Shown: positions 1-10,203 of the stretch, piece after piece
Position numbering within the stretch: the first letter of the stretch is position 1
Layout: every line of letters begins with the position of its first letter
Source: Nitrosopumilales archaeon
GTDB lineage: Archaea; Thermoproteota; Nitrososphaeria; Nitrososphaerales; Nitrososphaeraceae
Length of the DNA: 64,000 nt
NCBI GenBank assembly: GCA_044507735.1
Contig: JBIQJB010000003.1
Coordinates: 57,258 to 121,257 of the forward strand
Reading direction: 5' to 3'
Position numbers and translations under genes: made by a program
Notes under the pieces: generated by a model
Database searches by the model: none
What the model saw: the letters and a program-made list of their open reading frames with translations, nothing else
What the model was told of the DNA's origin: nothing

Positions 1-104
1 AGTGGCAGTCCTACAAGTGTGACTATGATAATTATCCAGAATATGAGCCAGAGCAGGCTCCCAACGAATTCTCCAAAGCGGAAGTTCTGCGGGTATGATG
101 CCAT
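1..104 (-). CDS. nuoH: NADH-quinone oxidoreductase subunit H, N-terminal fragment (runs off the window)
   Basis: Manual translation from ATG at 104: MASYPQNFRFGEFVGSLLWLIFWIIIIVTLVGLP, hydrophobic; directly follows nuoD in the nuoABCDH order. Confidence 0.75.
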   Translation of the reverse strand, partial: MASYPQNFRFGEFVGSLLWLIFWIIIIVTLVGLP

Positions 105-108
105 GTCT

Positions 109-1269
109 CTATCTATCAGCCTCCACAGGCCAGTAGTTGAGTGACCAATAAGTAGCAGGCATGTCCGCCAGTCTCTGTCCTACAAGTAGGTAGGGCAATG
201 CAAGGATGTTGCGGAACGAACCCACGGAAATCTTTACGCGGTATGGCTTTGGCGTGCCGTCACTTATGATATAGTAACCCAGAGCACCCCTGCCCGATTC
301 GACTCGCCTGTAAGCTTCGCCCGGAGGACCCTTGGGGTTTGGCTGGAGCTTGGCTCGCACTTCGCCTGACTGTGGCATCTTGTCAAGCAATTGCTCAATG
401 ATATAGCACGATTCCTTCATGTCCAAGAATGGCACGTATGACCTTGCAAAGCAATCCCCAGTCTTCATGTACTGGACCTTGAAATCAATCTCGTTGTAGA
501 TGTCATAAGGCTCGGCTTTCCGGATGTCGTACGGGATGCCGGACGCGCGCAGGACAGAGCCCGTCACACCAAGCTTGACGGCGTCTTCCCTTGAAAGCAC
601 TGCCACCCCTTCGGTCCTCTGCCTAAAGAGGGGCATGTTGTAGAATATGTCCTCGTACTCTTTGAGGCGCTTTTGGAAGTACCTGATCTGCCGCAGGCAC
701 CTGTCCTTAAAGCCCTCGGGCATGTCGTTTCTCACGCCGCCAGGTATGTTGTATGCGTGTGTAACTCGGGCACCTGTGAGCGCTTCAAGAAGGTCTATCA
801 GGAGCTCCCTGTCGCCGGCTGGCCACATGAACATTGTCGAATGACCTAGGAATATGCCATAGATTGCAAGCCAGTAAAGCGTATAGACGCTGCGGTTGAT
901 CTCTGACGCGATCGCCCTTATGAATTGGCCGCGCCTGGGCACTTCAATTCCAACGAGCTCTTCGACAGCAAGGCTGTAAGCATAGGTAATGTTGGTAGAA
1001 TCATGAATTACAGGACGCTCCAAGTGCGGGATGTTCTGGATGACGTTTCTGTATTCGCACATTTTTTCTTCTCCACGGTGGACATACCCAGGATCGGGAT
1101 CACAGTAGACGATATAGTCTCCGTCAACTTTGATTGTAAAGCGGAAGTGACCGGAGCCGGGATGCTGCGGTCCAACGCTGAGCGTCATCAGGCGGTCTTC
1201 TTCAGTTTCCTTAACTATTTGGAGTCCCAGTCTCTTTGATTCCTCAAACTTTTCATCTAGGCTTGCCAT
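109..1269 (-). CDS. nuoD: NADH-quinone oxidoreductase subunit D
   Basis: GPQHPGSGH, GYVHRGEEK and ESGRGALG motifs of the 49 kDa subunit. Confidence 0.96.
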   Translation of the reverse strand: MASLDEKFEESKRLGLQIVKETEEDRLMTLSVGPQHPGSGHFRFTIKVDGDYIVYCDPDPGYVHRGEEKMCEYRNVIQNIPHLERPVIHDSTNITYAYSLAVEELVGIEVPRRGQFIRAIASEINRSVYTLYWLAIYGIFLGHSTMFMWPAGDRELLIDLLEALTGARVTHAYNIPGGVRNDMPEGFKDRCLRQIRYFQKRLKEYEDIFYNMPLFRQRTEGVAVLSREDAVKLGVTGSVLRASGIPYDIRKAEPYDIYNEIDFKVQYMKTGDCFARSYVPFLDMKESCYIIEQLLDKMPQSGEVRAKLQPNPKGPPGEAYRRVESGRGALGYYIISDGTPKPYRVKISVGSFRNILALPYLLVGQRLADMPATYWSLNYWPVEADR

Positions 1270-1273
1270 GTCG

Positions 1274-1882
1274 CTATCTCCCCTTTATCCTAAAGTCTTT
1301 ACGAAGTGGAGGGATGTCTGCCCAGTCTTCGGGTAGGAGGAACCTCTCATTCCTCGGGTGACCCTCAAAGTATACCCCCAACATCTCGAACGTCTCCCTC
1401 TCGTGATATTCCACACTTTTATACACGTTAATTAACGTTGGGAGACGGGCGTCATCCCTGTTTGTACGCGTAGCTAGTGAGAAAACGTGATTTCCAAGGT
1501 CTTCCCGGGTATACGACCCAAGATGGTAAACAACTTCGATCTGGTTGTCCTTCGGGTAATCGACGCCTGCGACGGACTCGGCGTGATCCAAGCCGATGCT
1601 ATCCCTCAGGAAAGTCGCAACTTCGACAATGTCCTTCGGCTCTACCTGAATTTTGATCCTAAGAGGTTTTATGAAAACAGTCTTGAAGGTCGATTCGCCA
1701 AACTTCTTCTTTATCTCCTCAACCAACCCCTTTTCAAATGGTGGTGCCTCTGGCGCTTTGCTTGGAGGTGCTGATGCGGCTGCGGGCTTTGCTGCTGCTG
1801 GTGCAGGCGGCTTTGCAGCCGCAGGTTTTGGCGATGGCGGGCTAGCGGCGGGCTTGTTTGGCTCGTCCTTGTTGGCGCTCAT
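1274..1882 (-). CDS. nuoC: NADH-quinone oxidoreductase subunit C with Ala/Pro-rich N-terminus
   Basis: ERETFEMLGVYFEGHP...PLRKDF signature. Confidence 0.95.
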   Translation of the reverse strand: MSANKDEPNKPAASPPSPKPAAAKPPAPAAAKPAAASAPPSKAPEAPPFEKGLVEEIKKKFGESTFKTVFIKPLRIKIQVEPKDIVEVATFLRDSIGLDHAESVAGVDYPKDNQIEVVYHLGSYTREDLGNHVFSLATRTNRDDARLPTLINVYKSVEYHERETFEMLGVYFEGHPRNERFLLPEDWADIPPLRKDFRIKGR

Positions 1883-1883
1883 G

Positions 1884-2399
1884 CTACTTTATCTTTGACC
1901 TTTTGATCTTTTCCTGCAGCAACATGCAGCCCTGGATAAGCGTTTCAGGTCTTGGAGGACAGCCAGGCACGTACACGTCGACAGGCACAATGCCGTCAAC
2001 GCCTGGAAGCACATTGTATGAGTCGATGTAGAGACCGCCAGTAATGGCACATGCACCCATTGCAATCACGTACTTTGGCTCCGGCATCTGATCATAGACC
2101 ATCCTCAGCCTCGGGGCCATCTTTCTTGTCACTGTCCCTTGCACCACGATAAGGTCGCACTGACGCAGAGAGCCAAAGGCTTCTATGATGCCAAAGCGCT
2201 CGACATCATATCTTGGGCCAGAAGCGGCTCCAAACTCTACGCTACAGCAGGCAGTCTCAAGGTGCACAGGCCAGAGTGACCAGACCCTCCCCCAGTTTAT
2301 GGCATAGCCCAGCGGTGCGTCCAGCGCTCTAACCAGAATGTCGCTGAGCTTGCTCACCATCACGTTAAAGTTGGTGGGGCTGACGAGTTCTCTTTTCAA
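1884..2399 (-). CDS. nuoB: NADH-quinone oxidoreductase subunit B
   Basis: TACCSVE, MGACA..GG and PGCPPRPE motifs; start placed at TTG 2399 (ORF track extends to 2444). Confidence 0.95.
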   Translation of the reverse strand: MKRELVSPTNFNVMVSKLSDILVRALDAPLGYAINWGRVWSLWPVHLETACCSVEFGAASGPRYDVERFGIIEAFGSLRQCDLIVVQGTVTRKMAPRLRMVYDQMPEPKYVIAMGACAITGGLYIDSYNVLPGVDGIVPVDVYVPGCPPRPETLIQGCMLLQEKIKRSKIK

Positions 2400-2472
2400 T
2401 TGTGCCGGTCCTCCTCTCTTATTTCGTGTTGTTCTCCGCAGCATGAATATTTAATACTTGTTAGCGAAACCA

Positions 2473-2847
2473 TCACCAAATCCCTTTCCTCCCTGAAAGA
2501 TAGAGCGCATAGCCCATCGCTGCAAACATTATTCCCAGGAAGCCGATTATTGGAAGTGTTGCGGCGCGCGGGATGTTAAATAGCGCAGTTCCCCAAGCAT
2601 AGAGAAAGATAGACATCACGTCAAAGACCACGAACATCAGAATGTAAGCATAATACTGCATCATGAAATGCGATCTGCCTTCTCCTGTTGGCATCTGGCC
2701 ACACTCCATTGGCAGGAACTTGACTGGGTTGTATCGGCGTCTTGGCGAAAGTAGTCTTGACAGAATTAACGCGGGCACCGCGGCTAAAAGGCCGAAACCG
2801 AGCATGTATAGGATCGGAGCAAACTCCGCGGCGGTTTCTCCAGCCAA
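2473..2847 (-). CDS. nuoA: NADH-quinone oxidoreductase subunit A
   Basis: K..PMECG and YYAYILMFVVFD motifs; three hydrophobic helices. Confidence 0.95.
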   Translation of the reverse strand: MAGETAAEFAPILYMLGFGLLAAVPALILSRLLSPRRRYNPVKFLPMECGQMPTGEGRSHFMMQYYAYILMFVVFDVMSIFLYAWGTALFNIPRAATLPIIGFLGIMFAAMGYALYLSGRKGIW

Positions 2848-2909
2848 GGCATGACTTGCTGTTTTTCGAAGGTATAAAAACCTAACGAGCAGGTGCCAAT
2901 TTTCGCAAA

Positions 2910-4127
2910 TCAGCTCTTCAGTATCATGTTAAACAGTTGTCTTGCGACAAGCTTGGGATGGTGCAAAGCAAGTTTCATCATCTTGCCCGTCGTAAAGTCG
3001 GCCTTGATAAAGTCCAGAAATTCGTCGACGGTCATGTCTCTAAGGATCTCTATCTCACGGTCCCACTGTTCATCAGACAGGCCAAGCCAGCGGGTCTGCA
3101 CTTTGAGCGCAGACTGGATCTTGGATTCAACTTTTGCCTTCCAGACCTTCTCATATTCCATTAGAGACTCTCTTGTAGAATTGCTCGCAAGAGACCTTGC
3201 GCCCACTTCTCCGGCTAGCCTGCCAAATTCTATCGCATAGCGGATGCCTTCCAGCACGAGCGGATTTGACTGCCCTGCAGAGTCGCCCACCATGATTAGA
3301 CCATCCGTGATGCTATCCTGGCGGACCCCTTCATTTGGGATAAAGCCATAGTGCAGTTCTATGGGCTGTATTTTTCCAATGGCGTCAAGAGGCTTTGGCC
3401 TCTTTTCCAGAATCTGGTGCAGTTTTTCAAGTGGGTCAGCGCTCGATTCCGGCCTTCCTATCCCTACTCCAATCCTTACCCTGTTCTTTGACAGCGGGAA
3501 AATCCACGCATAGCCGGCTTCAGAGTACTGCTGCCCGATCATTAGAACCCAGGTTGCGCTGTCGATTTCATCGCAGTAGCACTCGTACTCTGCACCAACC
3601 CCATAACGCCTCCATTCACCCACAGCCCCTGCCCGGCGCGCCACAGAAGCAGAAAAGCCACTTGCGTCTATGACAAGTGTTGAACGTACTATCATGTCGC
3701 CCTTGGGCGTGCTTGCCTTTACGCCGGCGATCCTGCCATTGCCTTCCTTTATTACGTTTATCACATTGCTCCTCACCATGATCGTGGCGCCGGCCCTTGC
3801 TGCCATAAAGGCAAGGTGCTGGTATGTTGCCCTCACGTCAAGCACACACGATCTTGGAGTATTTCCAGAGATCACGACATCGTTTGAAGGGGACACGAAG
3901 CGGTAGTTCTGCACGGGATTGTACAACCCGCTAGGGATCCCAAGCCTTTCCATTTCAGAAATCCACGTCACGCCGCTTGTCCTGACGCTGTGTGCGATCG
4001 CTTCGTCCTTTTCAAACAAGATCACCTTTGCGCCGGCCCTTGATGCGGAATATGCTGCAGAAAGCCCTGCGGGACCTCCGCCAACGACAGCAATATCGTA
4101 GTGGTGTCCTTCTTTTTCCTCTCCCAC
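2910..4127 (-). CDS. Geranylgeranyl reductase family FAD-dependent oxidoreductase
   Basis: VVGGGPAG, IDASG, GYAWIFP and VGDSAG...GIRYA motifs. Confidence 0.85.
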   Translation of the reverse strand: MGEEKEGHHYDIAVVGGGPAGLSAAYSASRAGAKVILFEKDEAIAHSVRTSGVTWISEMERLGIPSGLYNPVQNYRFVSPSNDVVISGNTPRSCVLDVRATYQHLAFMAARAGATIMVRSNVINVIKEGNGRIAGVKASTPKGDMIVRSTLVIDASGFSASVARRAGAVGEWRRYGVGAEYECYCDEIDSATWVLMIGQQYSEAGYAWIFPLSKNRVRIGVGIGRPESSADPLEKLHQILEKRPKPLDAIGKIQPIELHYGFIPNEGVRQDSITDGLIMVGDSAGQSNPLVLEGIRYAIEFGRLAGEVGARSLASNSTRESLMEYEKVWKAKVESKIQSALKVQTRWLGLSDEQWDREIEILRDMTVDEFLDFIKADFTTGKMMKLALHHPKLVARQLFNMILKS

Positions 4128-4134
4128 CTTCTAC

Positions 4135-5466
4135 TCAGCCTGCCGTAAAGGAAATTTCGTCAAAGCGCATAAACGGCAGTATGGAATCATAAATTACCTT
4201 TCGCTCCTTGGATACGCCGTTCAACTTGCGCAGTGCGTCAAAAACGTTGCCGGCCACCATTACCTCCCGGACTGCGTGCTCGACTGTTCCGTTCCTCACC
4301 AGCCTTCCTCCCTTAACCACGCCGGAAAAATCACCGTTCACAGGATTGACGTTGCCTGAAAACCGGCTGACAATGATGCCCCTTCTCATTTCCGAAATCA
4401 TAGTATCAATGCTCTGCTTGCCGGGTCTGACCACAAAGTTGGTTGTCGACACAGACGGTGGCGAGCCGGTCGAGCCGCTTGCATTTCCTGTGCTCCGGAC
4501 TCCATCTTTTCTTGCAGTGTACGTGTTGTAAAGGAACTTCTTGAGCACCCCTTTCTCTATCACGACATTCTTGCGATGAGGAATGCCTTCCCTGTCAAAG
4601 CTGGACGCGCCAAGCCCTTCTACATTGGTTGCATCGTCCTCAACTGTCAGCAGGTCTGAGGATACCTGCCTTCCAACCTTGCCAGCAAAGTAGCTTGATT
4701 TCTTCTGGACGGCGTCAGAATTGATCGAATGCGATATTACGTCCGCCATCATTTCATCAAAGGCCGACGGCGTCAGCAGCATCTCACCCTTGAAGCTTTC
4801 TATCTTGCGCGGGTGCAGCGAGTTTACTACTGTCTCTGCGAATTCGGTAGCTGCTTTTCTCACGTCGATCCCCTTGACGGAGTGCGAGGCCCCAATCTGA
4901 AAGTCAAAGCTAGAGATGTCGTTTCCATCTATGGCCATACCCATTATTGACCACGAAAAGACACTCATCTTTTCCGACATCCTTATTCCATTAGAATTGG
5001 CAAGCCATTGAGTTGCCACGCTGGCGTTGAAACTGCCGCTATCAACGCTCACTCTGCGGTCATATGACTTGGCCGCCTCAAGCATCTCCGCAGCCTTGAC
5101 TGCAGCGTCAGCTGCCGCAAACGACTCGGCCTTTTTGTCATAGATTCCCCTGAGCGCATTTACTTTTGACTTGCCGGGAAGCCTATTGAACTTGTCGCGC
5201 GGGCTGGAACGTGCAATTCTTACCGCGATCGCCACTGCATCCATTATCCGCTCCTTTGTCAGGATGTTGGTGGAATAGAACCCAAGCGAGCCCCCGTTCA
5301 GCAGCACCCTTATCCCCATCGAGCTTGACCTTTGTGATTTGGCCTGCTTGACATCATTGTTCTCGATAAACACTTCCGATTCGTTACCAGTAGCTGCGTA
5401 CACTTCAACATCGCTTGCACCGAGCGCTTTGGCCTCCCTTATTGCGCTTTGCATGAGGTCTTCCAA
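4135..5466 (-). CDS. tldE: TldE/PmbA family protein
   Basis: SFDREG, GDFSG and STGNA motifs; lacks HExxxH; paired with tldD. Confidence 0.88.
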   Translation of the reverse strand: MEDLMQSAIREAKALGASDVEVYAATGNESEVFIENNDVKQAKSQRSSSMGIRVLLNGGSLGFYSTNILTKERIMDAVAIAVRIARSSPRDKFNRLPGKSKVNALRGIYDKKAESFAAADAAVKAAEMLEAAKSYDRRVSVDSGSFNASVATQWLANSNGIRMSEKMSVFSWSIMGMAIDGNDISSFDFQIGASHSVKGIDVRKAATEFAETVVNSLHPRKIESFKGEMLLTPSAFDEMMADVISHSINSDAVQKKSSYFAGKVGRQVSSDLLTVEDDATNVEGLGASSFDREGIPHRKNVVIEKGVLKKFLYNTYTARKDGVRSTGNASGSTGSPPSVSTTNFVVRPGKQSIDTMISEMRRGIIVSRFSGNVNPVNGDFSGVVKGGRLVRNGTVEHAVREVMVAGNVFDALRKLNGVSKERKVIYDSILPFMRFDEISFTAG

Positions 5467-6876
5467 CTACTGCAGCCCCCCTATGACAGCCGTACAGCGG
5501 ATGTAGGGCCCCCCACCATCCACCTTTGCTGGCTGGTACTTGCCACAGTAGCCAGTGCCAATATCGTACTGGAACTCGTCTCCTACCATATCGACTGACT
5601 GCAGGACTTCAAATGCATTACCGGATATGCTTGCGCCCCTCATAAGCTCCTTCACTTCGCCATTTTCAACAAGGTAGACTTCTTCGGCACCAAACATGAA
5701 TTCGCCATTCGCGTCGGCCTGTCCGTTCCTTGCACCCTTGACAAGATAGCCGTGTTTGGTCTCCTTTATCATGTCGGCAAGCTTGTCTCTCCCCGGCTCG
5801 ATGAAGGTATTCCTCATACGGATCAGAGGTTCGTAGCTGTACTGGAATGCCCGAGCATTGCCGGTTGATGCAGTGTCAAAGATCGTTGCCGACTCGCGGT
5901 TGTGCAGGAAGGATTTCAATATGCCTTTTTCAATTATTGCAGTTCTCTCGGCGGAAACACCCTCATCATCCACCATTATGGTGCCGCCGGCATTGTCTGA
6001 GATCTCTGACCTGCCACTATCCACTAGTGTGACCAGCTCGCTTGCCACCTGCTGTCCAATCCTATCCTTAACCACAGAGCCAGAAAGCACGAAATCGGCC
6101 TCCACTGTGTGGCCAATGGCTTCGTGAGACAGGAGACCGACCATTGCAGGATCTAGTATTATTGTCGCCTTCTTGCCTGTGACGTGCCCGGCTTCCAGTA
6201 ACTTTGAAGCCCTTTCTGACGCAGTAATGGCATAGTCAAGATGGCTTTTCTTGAAGAGGTCGTTCCAGCCTCCCGTCACGCCGATTCCTTCATGCGCAGT
6301 CGCACTCTGACTACCCCTCTTGGCAATTGCAGAGACATTGAACTCAGGCTTTGAATCATAAATCTCGACATCTGCACCGTCGCTGTTGACTATTGCCTTG
6401 TAGTCTAGTGTTTCGCGGTAGGTACACGACGCTGCCTTGACGGCCTTGTTGCTGCGAGCAGCTTTTTCTCCCTCCCTTACGACCTTCACCTTTTGCTCGA
6501 TGTCAATGTCAGATAGGCTCCCATTAGAAGGCGCCCTGAAGGTCCCTGTAACCATCTTTGAATCGGCCAGACCCTTGACCCTGTTCTTCTTTGTCTGTGC
6601 GAGGACGCTTGCTGCCGAAATTGCTTGAGCAAGCGATTCTTTCAACAGCGAAAGGTCGTTGGTGCTGTTAAAGCCCCAGCAGCCGTCCACCAAAACCCTG
6701 ATGCCACAGCCAGCAGTCTCCACCATCCTTACCCTTTCAAGAGTGCCGTTGACAAAACTGACTTCGGTGGTAAGCTTTGAATGGTAGCGCGCCTCCACAT
6801 AGCTCGCGCCTCTTGAAGTAGAAATCAGCGATCTGAGTCGATCGATTGCGCTGGCATCATCGTGCATCACGTTCAT
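5467..6876 (-). CDS. tldD: TldD family metalloprotease
   Basis: HEAIGH, DDEG, RMRNT and C-terminal CGK.Q....GGP motifs. Confidence 0.92.
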   Translation of the reverse strand: MNVMHDDASAIDRLRSLISTSRGASYVEARYHSKLTTEVSFVNGTLERVRMVETAGCGIRVLVDGCWGFNSTNDLSLLKESLAQAISAASVLAQTKKNRVKGLADSKMVTGTFRAPSNGSLSDIDIEQKVKVVREGEKAARSNKAVKAASCTYRETLDYKAIVNSDGADVEIYDSKPEFNVSAIAKRGSQSATAHEGIGVTGGWNDLFKKSHLDYAITASERASKLLEAGHVTGKKATIILDPAMVGLLSHEAIGHTVEADFVLSGSVVKDRIGQQVASELVTLVDSGRSEISDNAGGTIMVDDEGVSAERTAIIEKGILKSFLHNRESATIFDTASTGNARAFQYSYEPLIRMRNTFIEPGRDKLADMIKETKHGYLVKGARNGQADANGEFMFGAEEVYLVENGEVKELMRGASISGNAFEVLQSVDMVGDEFQYDIGTGYCGKYQPAKVDGGGPYIRCTAVIGGLQ

Positions 6877-6924
6877 GTTCCAGTCGCTACATTATCTGTA
6901 TATCTGTATCTTTTTATTATATTA

Positions 6925-7329
6925 TTATTCCAGCCAGTAAGTTTTACCTGGCTTCTTGATCTGGTAGTGTGCAAACGTGCTCCCCTTCACTGCGCCGTGC
7001 CAGTGCCACTTCCAAGCTGGGATGCAGACAAAGTCTCCTTCTTCCAAGTAGTGCACTTCATCCATCTTGACGGTAGCGGTGGTGTCATTCTCCATTCTGA
7101 CGGCAGTCTGCAGCGCAACGACTCCTGTCCCTTTGGTTGCGATCAATACCTGATCTGTCTCATGGTAATGAAGCTTGGTCCTCGCACCGTCGATGAATGT
7201 TACAAGGAAGGTCTCGACTTCCCGTGTCAGCGCATCAGTTATCATTTTCTTTATTTCGACCCTACCTTCAAAATAGTTCTGCATCGATTGATCCAAAGCC
7301 ACTTGCGCAATGTTCGATTTTTGCATCAC
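6925..7329 (-). CDS. Cupin domain protein
   Basis: HYHETDQ and IPAWKWHWHGA cupin motifs. Confidence 0.85.
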   Translation of the reverse strand: MMQKSNIAQVALDQSMQNYFEGRVEIKKMITDALTREVETFLVTFIDGARTKLHYHETDQVLIATKGTGVVALQTAVRMENDTTATVKMDEVHYLEEGDFVCIPAWKWHWHGAVKGSTFAHYQIKKPGKTYWLE

Positions 7330-7505
7330 CGCGTGTAACTGCAGGGATTCTTTTATTCATTTGGCGAGCGGCAGAACCCGCGCACTTCGCAGCGGATCGA
7401 TTTTGCAGTAAATCAAGATATCTCCGCTCTTGTTTCTGAATTAGCCAGAGCACGTGAATGTGAGCGCGTCCATCTGCATCTTCTTGGGCCTTTGTCCAGA
7501 CACCT

Positions 7506-8195
7506 CTAGATATCGACAGACTGACCGTTCCTGTACCTGCTGCTAAAGATCATCTCAATGATTTTTGCTGCGACTTCTTCGGGTTTCAGCATCCGGTCCC
7601 TGTTTTCACGATAATATTCCGGATCGGATTCTTGCATTCTTGTCGCTACTTCACCAGGACATATCGCCATCACCCTGATCTGATGACCTGCGACCTCCCA
7701 TGCGAGGCTCTCTGTCAGCCCCATCATGCCAAACTTGCTTGCGCAATAGGCGGAGAGGCTATCAAAGCCGACCTTGCCAGCTCCAGAGCTGACGTTGATA
7801 ATTGTGCCGGAATTATTGCTAAACATGTATGGCAGGACGGCCTTTGAGCACAGGAATGTACCCTTTAGGTTCACGTCGAGTATTTGGTCCCACTCTTCAT
7901 CAGATGTGTCTACCAGCTTCTTTACAGCAAAGATTCCTGCGTTGTTTACAAGAATGTCAACTCCGCCAAATTCTTGAACAGCTCTCTTTACCAAGTTGTC
8001 CACATGCAGTGAGTTGGCGACGTCACATCTTATTCCAATCACGCCAGCATGAATACCGTTGATGACTTTGACGGTGTCGTCAATTTCGTTCTGCGTCCGT
8101 GAGCAGACGACCACATCTACACCCCGCTCGGCAAGCATGATGGCAGTCGCCCTGCCTATTCCTCTACCGCTTCCGGTAACTATGGCAGCAGCCAT
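7506..8195 (-). CDS. Short-chain dehydrogenase/reductase
   Basis: TGSGRGIG, NNAG and YCASK motifs. Confidence 0.93.
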   Translation of the reverse strand: MAAAIVTGSGRGIGRATAIMLAERGVDVVVCSRTQNEIDDTVKVINGIHAGVIGIRCDVANSLHVDNLVKRAVQEFGGVDILVNNAGIFAVKKLVDTSDEEWDQILDVNLKGTFLCSKAVLPYMFSNNSGTIINVSSGAGKVGFDSLSAYCASKFGMMGLTESLAWEVAGHQIRVMAICPGEVATRMQESDPEYYRENRDRMLKPEEVAAKIIEMIFSSRYRNGQSVDI

Positions 8196-8261
8196 TGTCA
8201 GACAAAACTCCAGACGTGGTAGAGGATAAAAAATCTAACAGTTATATCATGTCTTGAATGC

Positions 8262-9272
8262 ATGAGTATCCGGATGGACGTCATACCAGCGACTCCTGCT
8301 CCGGAATTTAGGGAGATTTCTGGATGGGCAAACTCGCAGCCTCTTTCAATAAAGGGTCTCAAGGGCAACGTGGTACTACTTGATTGCTGGACATACACTT
8401 GCATATTTTGCCTGCGCACCATTCCAATACTGAGGCGCCTGCAACAAAAATATGGAAAATACGGCCTGCAGGTCGTACAGGCACATTCTGCAGAATACCA
8501 GTTTGCGACCGATCACGGCAATATCAATAGGGCCCTCCAGCGCTATAACGTTGACATCCCCAACGCGTTTGACACAAAGAACAAGACGTGGGACGCATAC
8601 GGCAACATGTACTGGCCAAAACACGTCCTCATTGATCATAATGGGTTTATCCGCTACGAACACGCGGGCTATGGAGGCATGGCCGATTTTGAAGATACTG
8701 TCGTCGAGCTTTTGGAGGAAGCTGGCAAGAAACCAACAGAGGAGAGAGACGATGTCGACCCAAGCGACGAGATCTATGACACCTATGGCATGCACTTTTA
8801 CGGTATGGCTCCAGAAACCTGCGTCGGGTATTCACGCCTCAGGCACTTTGGGAACAACCAGAGGCTCAAGCCAGATGCTGCGAATGTTGTAGTTGATCCC
8901 GGCTCTCACGATGTCAACGTGGTTTACCTGCGAGGAAAGTGGATTTGGCAAAGAGAGGGCGTTCAGTACGCGCCGGGTGGCAAAGAGCAGAACCCGGCTG
9001 TGATTATGAATTACAATGCTGCCAGTAGAGTGCATGGCATAATGGGCACGTCAGACGGCAAGCCAGGCAGGATTGAAATTAAACTTGACGGCAATTACTT
9101 GACCAAGGATCAGCTAGGAAAGGATGCGAGGCTTGAAGGAAACATCAGCATTGCTGATATCAACTGGCCCTTCATGCACAATCTGGTCAAGACTGAAAAG
9201 CCGGAGATGCACGAAATAGAGATAATCCCGCGGTCTGACAATTTTGTGTTCTACACGTTTGTTTTCGGGTAA
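8262..9272 (+). CDS. Redoxin/thioredoxin-like protein resembling the DipZ C-terminal region
   Basis: WTYTCIFC (CxxC), YWP and PET..GY.R motifs followed by a beta-rich domain. Confidence 0.8.
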   Translation: MSIRMDVIPATPAPEFREISGWANSQPLSIKGLKGNVVLLDCWTYTCIFCLRTIPILRRLQQKYGKYGLQVVQAHSAEYQFATDHGNINRALQRYNVDIPNAFDTKNKTWDAYGNMYWPKHVLIDHNGFIRYEHAGYGGMADFEDTVVELLEEAGKKPTEERDDVDPSDEIYDTYGMHFYGMAPETCVGYSRLRHFGNNQRLKPDAANVVVDPGSHDVNVVYLRGKWIWQREGVQYAPGGKEQNPAVIMNYNAASRVHGIMGTSDGKPGRIEIKLDGNYLTKDQLGKDARLEGNISIADINWPFMHNLVKTEKPEMHEIEIIPRSDNFVFYTFVFG

Positions 9273-9305
9273 GTTTTTTATCCTTGATCCGAGGGTTCTT
9301 GAGTC

Positions 9306-9791
9306 ATGGAAGAAAAGCAGGCCGAGCTCGCAGAAGGCAGCATTGCTCCCGACTTTACAATGAAAGACAAGAACGGCAAGACATTCAAACTATCAGACTT
9401 GCGCGGCAAAAAGAGTGCCGTAGTCTACTTTTATCCAAGAGACTTCACGCCCGGCTGCACAACAGAAGCCACCGAGTTTTCCCGTGACTACAAGAAGTTC
9501 AAGGATGCAGGCATTGAGATCATTGGCATATCGCCCGATGACGAGGAGTCGCATGACAAGTTCCGCGCCAAGATGGGTATGCCATATCCGCTCGTTGCAG
9601 ACACAGAAAACAAAGTGTCCAGAATGTACGGAGTATATGGTCTCAAGAGCTTTATGGGCAAAGAGTACATGGGCGTCAACCGCTCCACTTTCCTTGTAGA
9701 CAAGTCCGGCAAAATAATCAAGATTTTCAGAAGGGTCAAGCCTGCCGGGCACAGCCAGGAAGTGTTTGAGGCGATGAGAAGCCAGAGCTAG
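9306..9791 (+). CDS. bcp: Peroxiredoxin (BCP/PrxQ)
   Basis: YFYPRDFTPGCTTEA and RSTFLVD motifs. Confidence 0.92.
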   Translation: MEEKQAELAEGSIAPDFTMKDKNGKTFKLSDLRGKKSAVVYFYPRDFTPGCTTEATEFSRDYKKFKDAGIEIIGISPDDEESHDKFRAKMGMPYPLVADTENKVSRMYGVYGLKSFMGKEYMGVNRSTFLVDKSGKIIKIFRRVKPAGHSQEVFEAMRSQS

Positions 9792-10135
9792 CGCCTGCGT
9801 TGGTCAAATGCGTAAAAATCTGACATTGGATCAATCCTGCGATTGTTCATCACAATCCCGATAAGCGCGCGCATCTCGTCGCAGCATTCTATGAACCTCA
9901 TGCCCTTTTCTGTGGTGCGATAGATATTGTTGTCGTCAATGTCAAGAGTCTTTTCAATCAGGTTGTGGGCAAGAAGCGCCGAGAAATAGCTTTCTGCCTG
10001 CGTGCTGCTGATGTTGGCCTTGTAGAGGATGTGGGTCTTTTTCGCACCGCCGCCCATGGCGGAGAGCAGGATGTCATAGACAATATCCACCTTGCTCCGG
10101 TGTCTCTCGATCCTAGGCTCATAAGGTGAATCCAT
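9788..10135 (-). CDS. Winged-helix transcriptional regulator
   Basis: RSKVDIVYDIL...KTHILYKANIS...YRTTEKG, typical archaeal wHTH; start placed at ATG 10135. Confidence 0.85.
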   Translation of the reverse strand: MDSPYEPRIERHRSKVDIVYDILLSAMGGGAKKTHILYKANISSTQAESYFSALLAHNLIEKTLDIDDNNIYRTTEKGMRFIECCDEMRALIGIVMNNRRIDPMSDFYAFDQRRR

Positions 10136-10203
10136 CGTATGCCAAAATGTCACAGATTTTTTATACTTAATAGATCTACGCAACAAGAATCTGTACGCAT
10201 ATT

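Noticed and set aside
109-2847. Absence of nuoEFG between nuoD and nuoH
   Set aside because: Normal for thaumarchaeal 11-subunit complex I
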